From Podarcis cretensis (taxonomy: Eukaryota), in contig OX638149.1 in NCBI GenBank assembly GCA_951804945.1, positions 93,806,001-93,870,000 on the forward strand: a stretch of DNA of 64,000 bases, in the 5' to 3' direction. The stretch's first letter is position 1, and each line of letters opens with the position of its first letter. A model generated the notes under the pieces. It searched no databases, was not told where the DNA came from, and was given only the letters and a program-made list of their open reading frames with translations. A program made the position numbers and the translations under genes. Of this stretch, positions 27,139-41,048 are shown in pieces.

Positions 27139-28935
27139 GTACCAACTCTGGTCAAACAAGGGTTGGGGGGCCTTGAAGCCTTCCAAATGATACAAAACCC
27201 AGACTGGAATGAAAAGTGGGGGAAAGAGAGGAGAGGATGAGGGAACATGTAACAGTGGGGCCCATCAATTGTGTGTTTGTGTGTGATTGTGGGGAGCCTT
27301 ATATCCCGCCTCAAGATAACAAAAGGGCCTGCACTACAAGTGGTCAAAGCCAAAGGCAGGTTTTGCTTGGAACGTCCCAACAACAGCAACACACTCCCGA
27401 CTTTATACTGCAGCACAGCAGACAGCAAAGATTCAGAGCTAGTGAATGGCTGCTAATATTCCACATAAATTTGACAAGAGGCAAACATTCAAACCCGTAA
27501 GTGGCAGCATCCACTGATCTTAAATAAGACGAATGTGACAAGCCTGCCTGGCTTGCTGCTGCTGCCGCCGCCGCCATAAGGTAATAACACCTCTGTAAGA
27601 TGCATCATTGCTCTGCCAGTGTAATCTTCACTGCATGAGAGCCACACCTCCCGAGCATGGCTGACTGCTCAATTTGACTCAACCCAATGAATTAAAGAGG
27701 GTCAGGGGAAGAGACTAATAGCTTTCAGCTAAGCTGTACTGCTAAATCCTTTTTGTTCCTCCTCAGTAAGCCTCCTTGCTTTCTCTTCCTAGCAGGCATT
27801 ATGTAAATCAAGCATCCCTTGAAGTGATATTTAGAGCTGCGGGATAATACAATAAAAATAATGCTGTTTCCCACCTGCAAACCATTCCCTTTCATATCAG
27901 ACTCTGCCCACTGAAAACATGTGCTTTGCCACTCAAGCGGCAAACATTCTTAAATGCCGGAAGGCTTTGGTACACATGAAAATCATAAAAACCAAAATTT
28001 GCATTTCACTTTTTTTCCGGGGGGGGGGGGGAGGAGGGTTGAGGGGATGGAATAAATGATTTGCTAATCTAGCCAAGAGTCTCAATTTTAAAGCCACGCG
28101 TTGAAGAGATGGGTCTCAAGGAGAAACCGTTACTAACTTTCTAGACTGCTGCAATTCATCCAGCTTTTGACTGATGGCTAAACTGTAAACAGATTGATGC
28201 TGTAGCTTCAAACGATATACAACAGAAGGGTCACTACAGGAAGGAGGTTCTTGCTGTGTCTGTATCACTGCTTCTGCCAGCCCATACACGGGAATCAAGG
28301 GTGAAGAAAGAAAACAGCCAGTAAAAGTGAAAGAGCAACCTATCAAATTAAAAGATAGGAGATTGCCATCTTGCGCTTTCCAAGGGATAGAAGGGTAAAA
28401 AAAATCCACAAGCCCATTTCTAGCCCAGCTGCAAACACCTCCTGGGAAAGGAAAGGTGGTTCAAAGTCTTATATGCTATCTCTGCCTCCCTGGATCCCAC
28501 AAGTGTTATTTTCAGCAGCAGTAAAAATGACCATCCACAAGGGAACAAGACGTTGAGAAGTCAGGCAGTGCTTTGGAACATCACATCCCCCTTCTAGTTT
28601 TATTTCTCATTTCACAGCTGGAAGGTCCTCCGATTTTTTTTTAAGATTGCTGCTTCATCTGAAATTATTATTCTTCAGGGGATGGGAGGAGAGAACAGCC
28701 TCTGTTTCCCGGTCTCCAGCACTGACATTTCCCCTACAGCATCTAGGTGTATATCTCTGGGTGGTTAATGAACCACATATCACACGATTCAATATCCCTT
28801 TCACCAAGGGTACTGCGCCAGACTGATGAAACTGGCTTTCTTTCTGTTGACAGAAGGAAGGCTATATTGTGGAAATCTCTCTGCAACCTGAAATAATTCC
28901 TGTAACTGGAAATTACAAGGCTGTATTTTGCAAGT

Positions 28936-28936
<1 letters not shown>

Positions 28937-28970
<34 letters not shown>
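28937..28970 (+). repeat. (CA)17 microsatellite
   Basis: Direct reading. Confidence 0.95.
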
Positions 28971-28973
<3 letters not shown>

Positions 28974-31900
28974 CCTATTGCTTCATTCCCTCGTCACCAA
29001 GAGCCACCCATTCATTGTGCCATGTCCAAGCACCAGTGGTTCTGGGCTCCAACCATCCCCTTTTATTGGTGTCTTTTTCTTCACTAACCCTGCCTTGCCC
29101 ACAATCTACAACATTCCCTTTCCTTGCAGCCCTATATGACTGGGCCTGTTGCTCCTGATCTGCTTCCAAAGGACACCTTCCTCCTCCTGCCAAGCTCTCT
29201 TTTCTCTGGGTATGTGGCTGGCACTGGCAGCAGAGGCAAGGGCAGCAAAGGACAAGTCTCTTGTCTTGAACAGTTTGGGACCTGTATCTGAGTTTTGAGC
29301 CAGTTTGGCCATTCATCTTTTGTTTACAAGTCTGATGTGATACCATAAATATTCTGTATAATTCTATATTCTCCTTTGTCCTCCCCCCCCCCCCGATGTG
29401 CTGCACTGAGCTCAGCTGACATTTACCATATTGTTCTCCACTCATGATCTAGCTCTCTTAAGACTAGCCACAAACTAGCTGTAAACCACGAACAAACCTT
29501 GGTTACAGCTCATGGAGAGGCTTGAAAAAGTGCTGAACTATGAGTCAAGATTTGGATGACTGGGGAAGGCTACAAGCTGCTCCCTAGGAGCTTGCTCATA
29601 CTTGCTATGTTATGGTTTGGCTTAGCATGATGTGCCCACCAGGACTGTATTTCCCATGGTTGCTATATGGTATCCTCAGGTCCAGAGATGCTCTGGTTTG
29701 GTTTGCTGTGGAGCAAACAACAGAGGAGGACCATTGCCATTGTTTGGAGGCTTCCTGCTAACCACTGTTGGTAAGGAATTTTGGATTAGATGGAACCCCT
29801 ATTCCTGATTGAGTAGGTCACATCTTAAGAAGATATGAAGCCACTTTATAATCTCAGACAATGATCTAGTACAGTACTGTCTGCTCCAGCCTGCCCTTCC
29901 AGTAGCTGGAGACTCCCAACTCCCACCAGCCTCCCTTAGCACAGCCAGTGGTGAGAGTTACACTCCAAAACATCTGGAGAACACTAGGTTGGGGAAGGCT
30001 GGTTTACTCTGAATGGTTACAGCTCTATTACATCTTGGGCATAGGTCCCAGACCTGCACGTCAAGATGCCATGTATTGAACCTGGAACATCTGCATGAGG
30101 GGGGAAAGGTGTTTGGTCAAGCTATCTTCTTGTTCATTTATTGGAGTTTGGGGGATTTTTTTAACATTCTTTGTGCTTTTAGTGCAGAAATCCCAGATTC
30201 CTGCATGTGAAGCCTATTTGCATACTCAGCAGAATTAAATTTAGGAGAACCCTCACACATAATTTTGCCCTTGGTACTGCATGGGGTGTGTGTCTTTTCC
30301 TCACTCAGCTGGTTGGCAACTTGTGAGTACTATGATCAGCCAATATATAGGCAGGACAGAAAATCCCCTTCCTCATATTATGGATCATTACAATCATGAT
30401 TACCAGCAGACTGATAACCCTTGCTTGTGTGTATGGCCCTTTTGGAACTCTCACTTGGAAACGCAGTATCTAAAACAGCAGGTGCTTATGTTTTAATAGC
30501 GTGCGCTATTGCAGCCCAAACAACCTGGCTGAGCAGGGAATGGTGTAAGGAGCTGCAACCTAATGCATGATGTAAACAACTCCTATTACAATATGCATTC
30601 GTGCTGAACAGAACACAACACCATCAAAGGACTGTAGAAGCTATTGCTAATTAATGGAACATGAATGGCTGATTAGATGACTTGAAATATTCACCCACAA
30701 CCTTGGCTAAAAGATCTGACAGCAGAACCCAGAATATTCTGCACAAAGCAGGCAGGAGATATTCCGCCCCCCCCTCTCTGAATCATCAGTGTCTTGGCAG
30801 GTTATCAGTGAAATGATCGATGGGTTACTGCCATCAACAGCATTTACATCTCATCCATATGTACTTGAATGCCCGAATCACCCTCATGCAGGTTCCACCT
30901 CCTTGTCATTAGATCTTGCTTTCTTTGAAATATGTTGTGGTTAAAACACAGATGAAATATGCTGTGGCTAAAGCACAGCTTTTGAACAGGGAGGTTTGAA
31001 GAAACAAAAATAAAATACTAGAGATGGCTTTGGAAACCTCTGTATCATCATAGACCATTGATTGTCAACCCTCTGTGCCCCTTCCCACTATGTCAGAGGT
31101 GTTGGGGTGCCCTGTCTGACCACCACTATGGTTCATTTACAATGGAAGGAATGGCAGAGCTCCGGGAAATTCTGGATGACATTCCATCTCCCATTTTCTA
31201 ACCTGTTGTGTCTTCCTGATTACTGTGTGAGACAACAACATCCTCGCTGTAAGTTGTGACAAACAACGCATTACAATTTTTGGCACATCAAGCACAGAAG
31301 ACGAGCTTTCTCTTGCCTTGCCAGCAGGCGCTCACCTCACCGAACACAGCAGATTCCATTGTTCAAAACAGTGTCAGGTCTAAGTGTCAGATCCACCTTG
31401 AAATCTCCCTGCCCCAACACCTGGTCATATCCATTTTGTAGACTTAAACAGACTTTACAGTCCCTCTTCCCTGAAAATTGTGCATCCGATGTGGGATGGG
31501 TGGTGGTGTGGGGGAAGAGATCTCTTATAAATCACAGCATGTTGACTAAACTACCATTTCCAGAATTCTCGGTCATGAAAGGTATAAAACCAATGTGACT
31601 TTGCCATATAGATGGGGTCCTCTTCCTAATTGCCTTTTCACTCCTCTGTGTTTTTAAGAAAATCTCAATTGCCTCGAAGTCCAATGTGTGTCTGTCCCTG
31701 TGGTTTCTACCATGTGGTTCCCCTCTGTTAAATAAGCCATTTCTTTCTCCTCTAAGGATCCACTTCTTCAGCAACTCCTTTGCTGAGATTCACTTAGAAT
31801 CATAGAATTGTAGAGTTGGAAGGGACCACACTTAACTGCCCCTTTACTGCCCTCTGCGTCTTCCTTAGCCCATTCTCTACTACCTATCTGTCAGCCCCTT

Positions 31901-34900
31901 ATGTCTCCACCCCCACCTTATCTATCTAATGTACATGACAAAATTTGAGGTCAGGGATTCTTACCACTATGATGCTTCTGCATAGCACTGAATCAGATGC
32001 TTAAATACCCCTTCCTATACAGAATGACCTTACTGGGTTGGTGGGTGGAAGGGGATGAATGATTTCGGGACCAAGAAAATACCTCAAATTAATGAAACAA
32101 TCAGAAACTTACAGTAGGATCCAGATTGTGTTTTCCTTTCTGTAAAGATCAATATTTATTTAATTAGCCAAAAGAATGGAAAGGGGCGGGAGAAAAGAGA
32201 AGCAGGGGAGGGGAAGAATCTAATTTGTGAGACATGATTTACCTTCTACAAGTTCATGCTGACTTGCACTTAACAAAAGTGCTTTCTTATTAACCCTCCT
32301 CCAACTTTCTGCCAATGCAATCTTCCAAAACTTTTTTTTTTTTTTGCTTATATCAGGCAAAATAGTTTTACAAGGAGCAAAGCATCTCTGAGTTGACTTG
32401 AAGTAAGAATGAGTATCTCCCTGCCCTTCACTATCTATATTGCAACTACACCCACAAATCAGATGGGCTTCTTAGTGTGCAAAGACAATGAATGAACATA
32501 GACACATGTATTCAGGATTCATGAGAACTTCAAAGAGTCAAATTCCTGAGGCCTGGTTTATGAGGTGGAGAGTCACAAATAAGCAACTGAGCAAGTCCGG
32601 ACATCAAGTTAAGTCTAGCATGCAAGCCCATAGAACAGGGCTGGTCCAACACATTTTGCTGCTTGAGCAGGAGGACAAATTTGGTGGTCCCCATTTCTAC
32701 ACAACAAAGCTGACTTGACTGGCAGCTGAATCTTATTTCAACACTGACAAGGCACCTGAGGGCAGCAGGCTCACTTGAAGAACACAAAGTGTAGTCTTCA
32801 TGGCACACACAGCTAGGAAGCTGCCTTTAACAGAGTCAGACTATTGGTCCATGTAACGGTACTGTCGACACCATGGACAGCCAACATGGTGCCCTCCAGA
32901 TGTTACCACGTTCACCATTTTAATGAAAAAAAATAAGCAACAGGGGAGAGGGTAGGTAGGAGCTGTCTGGTTACATGGTTTGCACATGCTGTTGGAATAC
33001 CATGCTCTTCTGCTACATGGGCATATGATCAAGCCCACAATGCTTGCCTTCAGTGCAAGTTGCCTAATGTAGGGACCCTCCAGGTATTTTGGACTCCCAA
33101 CAGAATGACCAATGTTCAGGGAATATAAGGAGTCTAGTGGTGCCATCCACCAACTGGAAGGCACCACATTACCTACCCTAGGTCTGCACGGACTGCCAGT
33201 GGCTCCACAGGATATAATCAGGGATATTCAAAGCTCTACCTTGAAATACTGCAGACTGAATCCAGGGCATTTCCTAGGAGACTATTTTTAGTACAGTTAG
33301 AGATCCTGTGTTAAAGAACTGTGACACACTAATTGTTCTGCATTCTTTAGCTTAGCCATAACATAAGCTTCACTTATGTTAGAGAAGTTTTAGAAATGGG
33401 GAGCATGCAGTCATAAAATCTCCCATCCACACTCTGAAGTGGTACAGTCCTAGGGGGTTGTACTATAGGATTCCTCTGAATTTGTTAGAGGAGACCTTTA
33501 AGTTTCCCTAACTAAGTATACCTCAAGGTTTAAATTTCTTAGCTTCATGCATTTCATTTTTTGTGAAGAGAAAATTGCTGTTCATTGATTCCAGATCTTT
33601 TGACATATGCTTTCTCATCCACCAAGATCCACATCACCAAAAATGTGCATTGAACTATTTCTGGAACACAATTTTGTCCTAATATTAGGAGATTTAAGCT
33701 TCCCTTGAAAATTAACCATTTTCCTCAGAAAACAAGCAAGAAATTATGTGAGGAAGCAAAACGGACGATTCCTTACGTCTCAGAAAGAAATTGTCATTGA
33801 TAAGGAAGGCCAACTTAGCCAGTGCAGCTCTGGAAATAATAAGGTCTTGTTATTTTTCCAGACATCTGCTGGACATGTAGCTTGTTAATCTAGACTTCAA
33901 AATAATTATTGATGCAACAGAGCTGGATTTAGGATTATCAAGGGTTAGTAACTGCCTGTGACACCACTGCCAATAAGGACAGGAGGAAACTCTCACTTGA
34001 GAGAAAGAGGCAGTTCTTCAAATGCAGAGTTGACCTCTTCCACACAGGTGAAGAGTACATCTCTGTAGGCAAGGGAGCTCCATCAATGAACTGCCGCACA
34101 CGTCCTGAGAGAAGTGGGTAGGCCTGGGTGATCTATCCCCATTTGTTTGTTGGCAGCCGGTAAAATTTTCATTTGGAATTTGGCAGCTGCAGGTCAGGTA
34201 AGCTGCTTCTGAAGAATTTAGCTAACAGGCTCCAAAAACAAACAGGCTGATAAGATGAAAGGTTGCTTCCGGTTGCCAAAAACTATATTTCAGCTCTGAA
34301 GGACATTTTTAAAAATTGTTTCAATGCAGTGGCACTAATTGAGAAATCCTTAAAAATGTTCTTGCTTTTTCTTTATCGCCAGGGCCATTTGGAAGCCTTA
34401 CTTGCCAAGGAAGCTCTGAATCCAGTGAGTGGCCTAATTGCAACCTGCTCCACTTTCTGTACCTGCTGCCTGTTTTTAAAACTATGAATAGCAATCTTTC
34501 TGCTCTTGCTCTCTGCAAGTTAATTAATTGCTTTTAAGAGGTATTTCCCCCTGCCTACAAGTTACTTTGTTGATTACAGATGCTGGGTGCTTTATTATGT
34601 GTTAATTACTACTGGGATACTTGCTAGCTTGTCAGGTTCATTTCTTGATAACAGAAATGCCAGATTTCTATTGAAAAAGAGGTTGCCAAGGCAACCAATA
34701 CACTCTGCAGATAACTCTCTTCTAAGTAAGCAAAGAATGTGGTCACAAAAAAGTGGTGTTTTATGTGGACATCATCATAACAATCTATGGCCTTTTAAAC
34801 TGGGGGTGTGGGGGTTATTGCTTTGTTTCTTGTTATGTGTTTTTGTATTTTTATACAGTAAACCGTCATGTGATCATTGGATGACGGGCTGCATGGAAAT

Positions 34901-35125
34901 TCAATGAATAAAAAACAAGAACTGTGCAAATGTAGCTATTATTTGATCCCTTCTGAGAAGCAACATGGGAGAAAATTTGGATGGGCCATGGGAGAGGATA
35001 GGAAAACATTATTATGTATGTAAAAATACATGCCAACATAGCAGAGCACAGCCCAATGGTTCCAAATCTAAATCCTGAACCTTCAGTAGGATGCTGGGCT
35101 TATCTCCACAATTTAAATATTGATA

Positions 35126-35377
35126 CAGTGGTGCCCTGCAAGACGAATGCCTTGCAAGACGAAAAACTCGCTAGACGAAAGGGTTTTCCATTTTGGAGGC
35201 GCTTCGCAAGACGAATTTCCCTATGGGCTTGCTTTGCAAGACGAAAACGTCTTGCGGATTTGCTTCCTTTTTCGTAAAACCGTTAATACCCTGGCAATCC
35301 GCGCTCCGCAAGACGAAAAAATCGCAAGACGAAGCAACTCGCGGAACGAATTAATTTCGTCTTGCGTGGCACCACCA
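35126..35377. mobile_element. Tc1/mariner (pogo/Tigger-type) MITE with repeated GCAAGACGAA motifs
   Basis: TA-flanked. TIRs CAGTGGTGCCCTGCAAGACGAA / TTCGTCTTGCGTGGCACCACCA. Confidence 0.85.
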
Positions 35378-35810
35378 TACACCATGGCCCTTCAGAAACA
35401 TGTCTTAGTAATGTTACCTAGCATATGTTTGCAATGAAGGTGATGGAGAAAACAAGCTCACTCAATGATGGAGAAACAAGCTAGTCAACCACAGCAAGAA
35501 AGCATCACTTAGTTTCAACCACTGCTCTTTGCATTGAGACTTGAACCCAGCTACACAATCAGAAGAACCACGTGGTAAAGTTCCTGCTGTGCAGAACAAT
35601 TCCAGTGCTTCCGCATAATTCCCTCCATGTCAAAGAGATGGCAAAGTTACCTACCCCACCTGTTTCAGCTGATCATGTAGCTCAGCTCTTAAGTGTGCTG
35701 GGAAAACTTGCTGAAGCAAACTGTACTAAACAAAGTTTATGAGCCACTGGGATGCACTGCAAATGAATTCAGTGTATAACACAGACCTTTGGGCAGATGA
35801 AGCCTCTTAC

Positions 35811-36016
35811 CTTGAATTCCATAGGTGTGTATTTCTCATTCTTGGGAGTTGTGTTGCCTTTGTAATGGAGATGATTGGGAGTGGTGGGATGGATAACAGT
35901 TGACTCCTGAGATTGCCTCTGGCAACGCTGGCAGTACACATAGATAACAAAGGTTAAGAGGCTAGAACCAAAGAAGCAGGAGACCCCTGTGGCAATTAGG
36001 TGGATGAGGCTGAAAC
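35811..36016 (-). CDS. SEMA5B: SEMA5B transmembrane and proximal cytoplasmic exon (206 nt, phase 1-0)
   Basis: ttctctag|GT ... TTCAAG|gtaaga. (G)FSLIHLIATGVSCFFGSSLLTFVIYVYCQRCQRQSQESTVIHPTTPNHLHYKGNTTPKNEKYTPMEFK. Confidence 0.96.
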
Positions 36017-38960
36017 CTAGAGAAGAAAGTGTAGTAAGAGATGCTGTGGTTAGAGACATAAACAAGAACAAAAACACTTTCAACAACAATAAACCACTCA
36101 AGAGGGTGATTTTCTGTTTCCTAGGCATAAGGAAAATGTGTTTCTGAAAGAAGCCAGTGTCTTGCATGGTAACACCCACTAACAGACGCTTCCTTCCCTT
36201 GCTATCAAGTCTGCTCATCACAGTTCTGCTTCAGTGGCATCATACGCTGCTTTCTTAAAGCTATTCCTTTCTCCTCCAATTGATACTGAAACTAAACATT
36301 AAGCTGACAGGCAGAGAAATGAGGTATACAAACAATACACAGCAACAGGTTCCAAAGAATGTGCATGTCATGGAAATTGGGAGGTGGGTAGTAAACTCAG
36401 AATTTCTCAAATCAGAAGAAAGAAAGGCCTTCTGACCTACCTAGAATGCACAAGGAATGAATAAGTGGAAGTGGCTGATAAGGTGTGGTAGGTATAGGCT
36501 GGTTCCCTATTTGAGGACGTTCTTGGCAAAGTGCTCTTGGGCGGGCCCCTCCTCTGTCAGGGGATTTACCTGGCAGTGGGTGACAGGGAGTAGTGGCAGG
36601 ATTCTGAGCAGATACATCCAACTGCCATTAAAATTTCCACAATACCCCAGAGTGTCAGGGACACAAATATGATTGCTAGGTGCTCAGATGAAAAATATGT
36701 ATTTTTAAAAGGGGCCTAGAAGAGGCTTCAGCAGTAGCCATTTCAGGGCTCTGGAAGACCAAGGATGCTGAGCGCTCATGCTAGCACTGAATGGAAGCCT
36801 GCAAAATGCTACCACCACTGAGAAGGAGGAGAGCTCATTGCTTTTTCTATGAGACCTCTGCTCAGGGCAGCCAAGGCAGGGGACCTGCTTGGCGTTGCAC
36901 AAGCCACCCCCTGGCTGCCTCCAATGTATGCTGGCTGCTAAGGATACAGGATTCCCCACCCTCCCACCCCAGCCTGGTTTTTTGGTCTCTGATCAGCTTC
37001 CGCTTCTCCAGCCATCTCTGAGAAGGAATTGCCATGCTGCCTTCTCCACTGAAAGCCTGCATGTGCTCTTGCTGATACTTTCTCCACTAGCCACAGAAAG
37101 GGAGGCTCCTGGGAGAAAAAACAGGATGCGGCAAGAACAAGGGAAGACACTGAATATTGCCTGGCTTAGTTTCTTGGTGAGCAATGAAAGCAGAACCCCA
37201 GCTGCAAGCTGACACCACTGATGCAGGTACCCCGTAAAGATTTCAAAGAATAAAGTTCCTAGTGCATAAAACATTCCCCAACACAAATAAGTAGACATAT
37301 AGATTTCAAAACGCTTCTATTCCAGTGGGTTACCAAGGAGATGTTCTACTGAGAAAGAGGAATGCAAAGGAGTAAACAACAATAAAAGCCAGTGACAAAT
37401 TCTAAGAATCATAAAGTTGAAAAGTCACTTGAGGATAAGGTTTCCTAGGCCCTACTTTCAGCATCAATGTGACACTTTAACATGGCTTTTGCCAAGGTGA
37501 GTTGTAGTTGGTGAGGTGCTAAGAATTCTCTTGTGCTCTGGTACTGAGCAGCTGATTCCTCAAAACTATTCATCCTCAGTCCTGTCCCTTACAAGGTCTC
37601 TCTGCCTTTCAGCTGTGCCTCCATGGCACCTGGCTAAATATTTGAAAAACATGAGCATTCTATGAATCTGCAGGCTGATGTTTCTGGTTTTGCCCATAAC
37701 TCAGATACCCCCTTGTTTCACATGTGAGAGGGCAGCAGGCTGAATTTCTAATGATTCTATCTTTGCCAGATATTCAGAGATGCTAAGGGATAAATAATAT
37801 CCCCATGCATTATATAAACAAATAAGACTGCAATGGCAGAAGAGGGCAGTGAAAATATCAATACCAATGCATAATGATGAATATAAGGTTAATAAGGAGA
37901 CCCTGAGCTGAGGCACACACCTGGCAGGAGGAATGGGGATACAAGAAAACCAACCGTGCTGCTAATGGAACTGGAATCTTAATTCCGTTGCTTCCCCTGT
38001 AGTCACACACACTAGATGGGAAGGTCTGCCGATGGAGCGTTTTGCCTTTTCTGTCATTGCTGTAATGCTTTTCGTACAGAGAGTGACTAATGTGCAGGCC
38101 AAGAGCTGTCCAAGCGGTTCGTCAGGAAAGCTGCTTACTTGTGGGGGCTGTTGTGCAAAACCACTGAAGCACCATGGTGCTTTTGGATGACCCAAAATCT
38201 GCTCCTGACAATTATATCTACTATAAATTTGGTGATCAGTTTCATGACGGCTGCAACAAAAGCTTAAATCACCCATTGGCATGGTATGCACAGTATATTT
38301 ATGAATTAATAAGTCAAGATCTGCAACAAGCTGCGGTAGGAGTGCAGGGAGCTTGTTTCCCTCTGCTTCAGTTATCTCTGCACAATTAGCTGAAAAAGCC
38401 AGAATTCTGCTCTTAACTATAGTTCCCTACTACAACTGAACTTTCAAAGTACCAGAACAAGTGCCTTCTGTTAGCGAAGCTGCTATTTTTCTCCTATTCA
38501 GATAGATGGTAGGTATCAAAAAGCACAATGCGAGAAGCAAGGAAGGTTGCTTGCTCTTCAACAGACTCTGCTAGCTATCAAGCGACCTGCAGGAAATGCA
38601 CAAAGAAAATGCAATTCCCTGAACTCTAAAGAAGTCAGATAAAATTAGTGGCATGGCAACTGCTTTTCCGGTAATCAAGGTTTTGCATTGGCTGTCTAAT
38701 CCTGTTTCCAATGGCAAGATAGCCATCGATTTTGCATTGGGTTCATTCGTAGAGACAACTTAAGAATTCACTGCAGTCTTATTATATGAGCTACCCTGGT
38801 ACAAACTCAGATTATTACACTGTGAACTACTGAAGCAATCCCCGTGTATTCATTTCTCCCCCTCTCCACCCTCGAAAACCCCTGGAAGTGGGAATTGAGA
38901 TGTGGGAATGCTCTTACACAGAAAGGGAGGGAGATAGGTATGTGTTGTTGTGTATATGGG

Positions 38961-39014
<54 letters not shown>
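38961..39014 (+). repeat. Compound (GT)10(GA)17 microsatellite
   Basis: Direct reading. Confidence 0.95.
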
Positions 39015-39019
<5 letters not shown>

Positions 39020-39718
39020 CGAGGGGGGGAGAGGGAGACATTTGGTATGCTCGTTTATGCTTGTGTGGGAGAGAGACAGTAGCAACCAAGGCTACTTTCA
39101 CTTCAAAAGGTGGTTGGGTGCAAATCTCATCTTCCTGGGGGTGGCAAACACCATTCATAGACCTTTGTACATGGTAAATGAGAGACAAACACAGAAGCAC
39201 CCAATACATTCAAAAGTGCTCAAGAAGTTAAAACATTTATACAATTAACAAGGGATGTGTCAGATCCAGCCTGAGAAACTTTGCCAGTCTTACCAAAATT
39301 CTTTTTGCTTCCCCTTAAAAGCTTTGGAAGTTTCTCCTGAACAGGAACCCGTATCAATGTTTTGCTTATAATGAAATTCGGTGACAACTCTACAATTAAC
39401 TAAGCGCTCAGGAAAATGAGGAATCTCTCTTCATCTTTTCCAGTCCATTTAAAAAGGAGCTGCAGTGGAAAGGACTGTGATCTCCCTGGTAATTAATTAT
39501 TCTGAGATGCTCCCTCCCCCAAATTAAATTCTTATACCAGAAAACTGAATCACAGATACTTTCTCCCCTCCCTTCCTCCCCTCAGACAATCGGACTCCAG
39601 TGGAATTAAGGCTATCAACGGGATGTGAACTGCACAGATTAATGGTTGGGTTGATGCTTCCCAGAAAAGAGGAGTCATGTTAAGATAAAAATAAGATCTA
39701 TAGTTAGCTGTACTCTAC

Positions 39719-39763
39719 CTCCACAGTTCGTGCTCTCGTCAATGCTTGAGGCTGGCAGGATTA
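39719..39763 (-). CDS. SEMA5B: SEMA5B 45-nt juxtamembrane exon (phase 1-1)
   Basis: ttttctctttgtttag|TA ... GGAG|gtagag. (V)ILPASSIDESTNCG matches recalled human VILPASSMEEATDCA and keeps the frame. Confidence 0.92.
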
Positions 39764-40898
39764 CTAAACAAAGAGAAAAACAGTGGGGAGAAAAATGTCA
39801 TTTTTGTCATCTGCGACATTGTGCAGGCAATTAAAATCCCTTTGCTCAATGCAAGGCAAGTTAATCTCTGCAGCAAATGGAGGGCCTCCCAGAGCTTTGG
39901 CAAAAAACACAGAATGTAATATAGTGAAAAAAAGTTTTAAAAAGAACATACTCTCTATTGCATGAGAAAATTGTCTGGATTGCAAACTATCCAAATACAA
40001 CACAATAAGCGTCCTTAGAACTGTTTAATTCTGGCAAGAACTGTGCAAATTACAGAAATATAAATAGAGATATAAAAAAAGACTCAAATGAGGAATTTAA
40101 GTTGTGCTCATAAAATACCTGAATAAATGTGAATACTGTATGATCCAATTAAAAAATATTTTGACCAATGTATGACACAGACAGATGACCTTGCTATCTA
40201 AGGATGTTTGTATAGCGTAGTTTATTCTGTGAACTTATTCTATAAATGATCAGTTACCTTGAATTACGTCCATCAGATATAGTGAGGACCACTGGTTTAG
40301 ATGGCCTTTTAAAGTGTTAGACAAATATATAGGTATTTCAGGAACTGAACAGAACCTGCATGTTCATATATCTCTAGATACCAAATAATGAGCAGAGATG
40401 TCACACTCTTTCCTTTCTCATGGGCCTCCTAGGAACATCTGTCTGTCCTCTGCTGGAAGCAGCATGCTGGTTCTAATTTTATCCAATCCAGCACAACTTG
40501 CCTTGTGCATTTAATTTCTGTTTGTGGTGCAGAATACAAAACTCCCTGATTATATAAGATCTATTAGTCACAGAATCCTTCCCATCCCTAGATGGAGGTT
40601 AGCTATAATTCTAAACAGTCTATAACTACACCAAAGTTACTGCCATTTCTTTTCCACACATGGGATCCTAAAAATCCTCCCAAATCTCTTTCCTTCTGCA
40701 AGATGCCTTCTCTTTGCATAACTGAACTAATGGAATACTAGTCGGCATTCAATATACTCACTGCCTTAAAAAACACAATCCTATCAATATTAAAAGTGGC
40801 AATCAGTTCTTTTTAGTAAGGCATCCATCTCAGCAATTAGTGGAGCCCTCTAAACCGAGCCCTTTCCTTGCTCATTTAGCATGCAAAGTTGCACCCAC

Positions 40899-41048
40899 CT
40901 GGGATCTCATTGTACAAGCAGTCCTGGTATTGTGTGCTGTTCCCAGCACATTGGGAAGATCCTGGATTGTGGATTTCACAGTAACGACTACGATACTGGA
41001 TCCCATCTTCGTTACACAAGTTCCATTCAGACCATTCGGACCAGCCTC
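40899..41048 (-). CDS. SEMA5B: SEMA5B exon, last TSP1 repeat (150 nt, phase 1-1)
   Basis: cttaag|GA ... CCAG|gtgggt. (G)GWSEWSEWNLCNEDGIQYRSRYCEIHNPGSSQCAGNSTQYQDCLYNEIP. Absent from the ORF track; read directly from sequence. Confidence 0.93.

Noticed and set aside
35138-35365. Recurring GCAAGACGAA units with variable spacers, superficially CRISPR-like
   Set aside because: The repeat is only 10 bp, spacing is irregular and both orientations occur. It is enclosed by TIRs and a TA duplication in a vertebrate intron, so it is a MITE.
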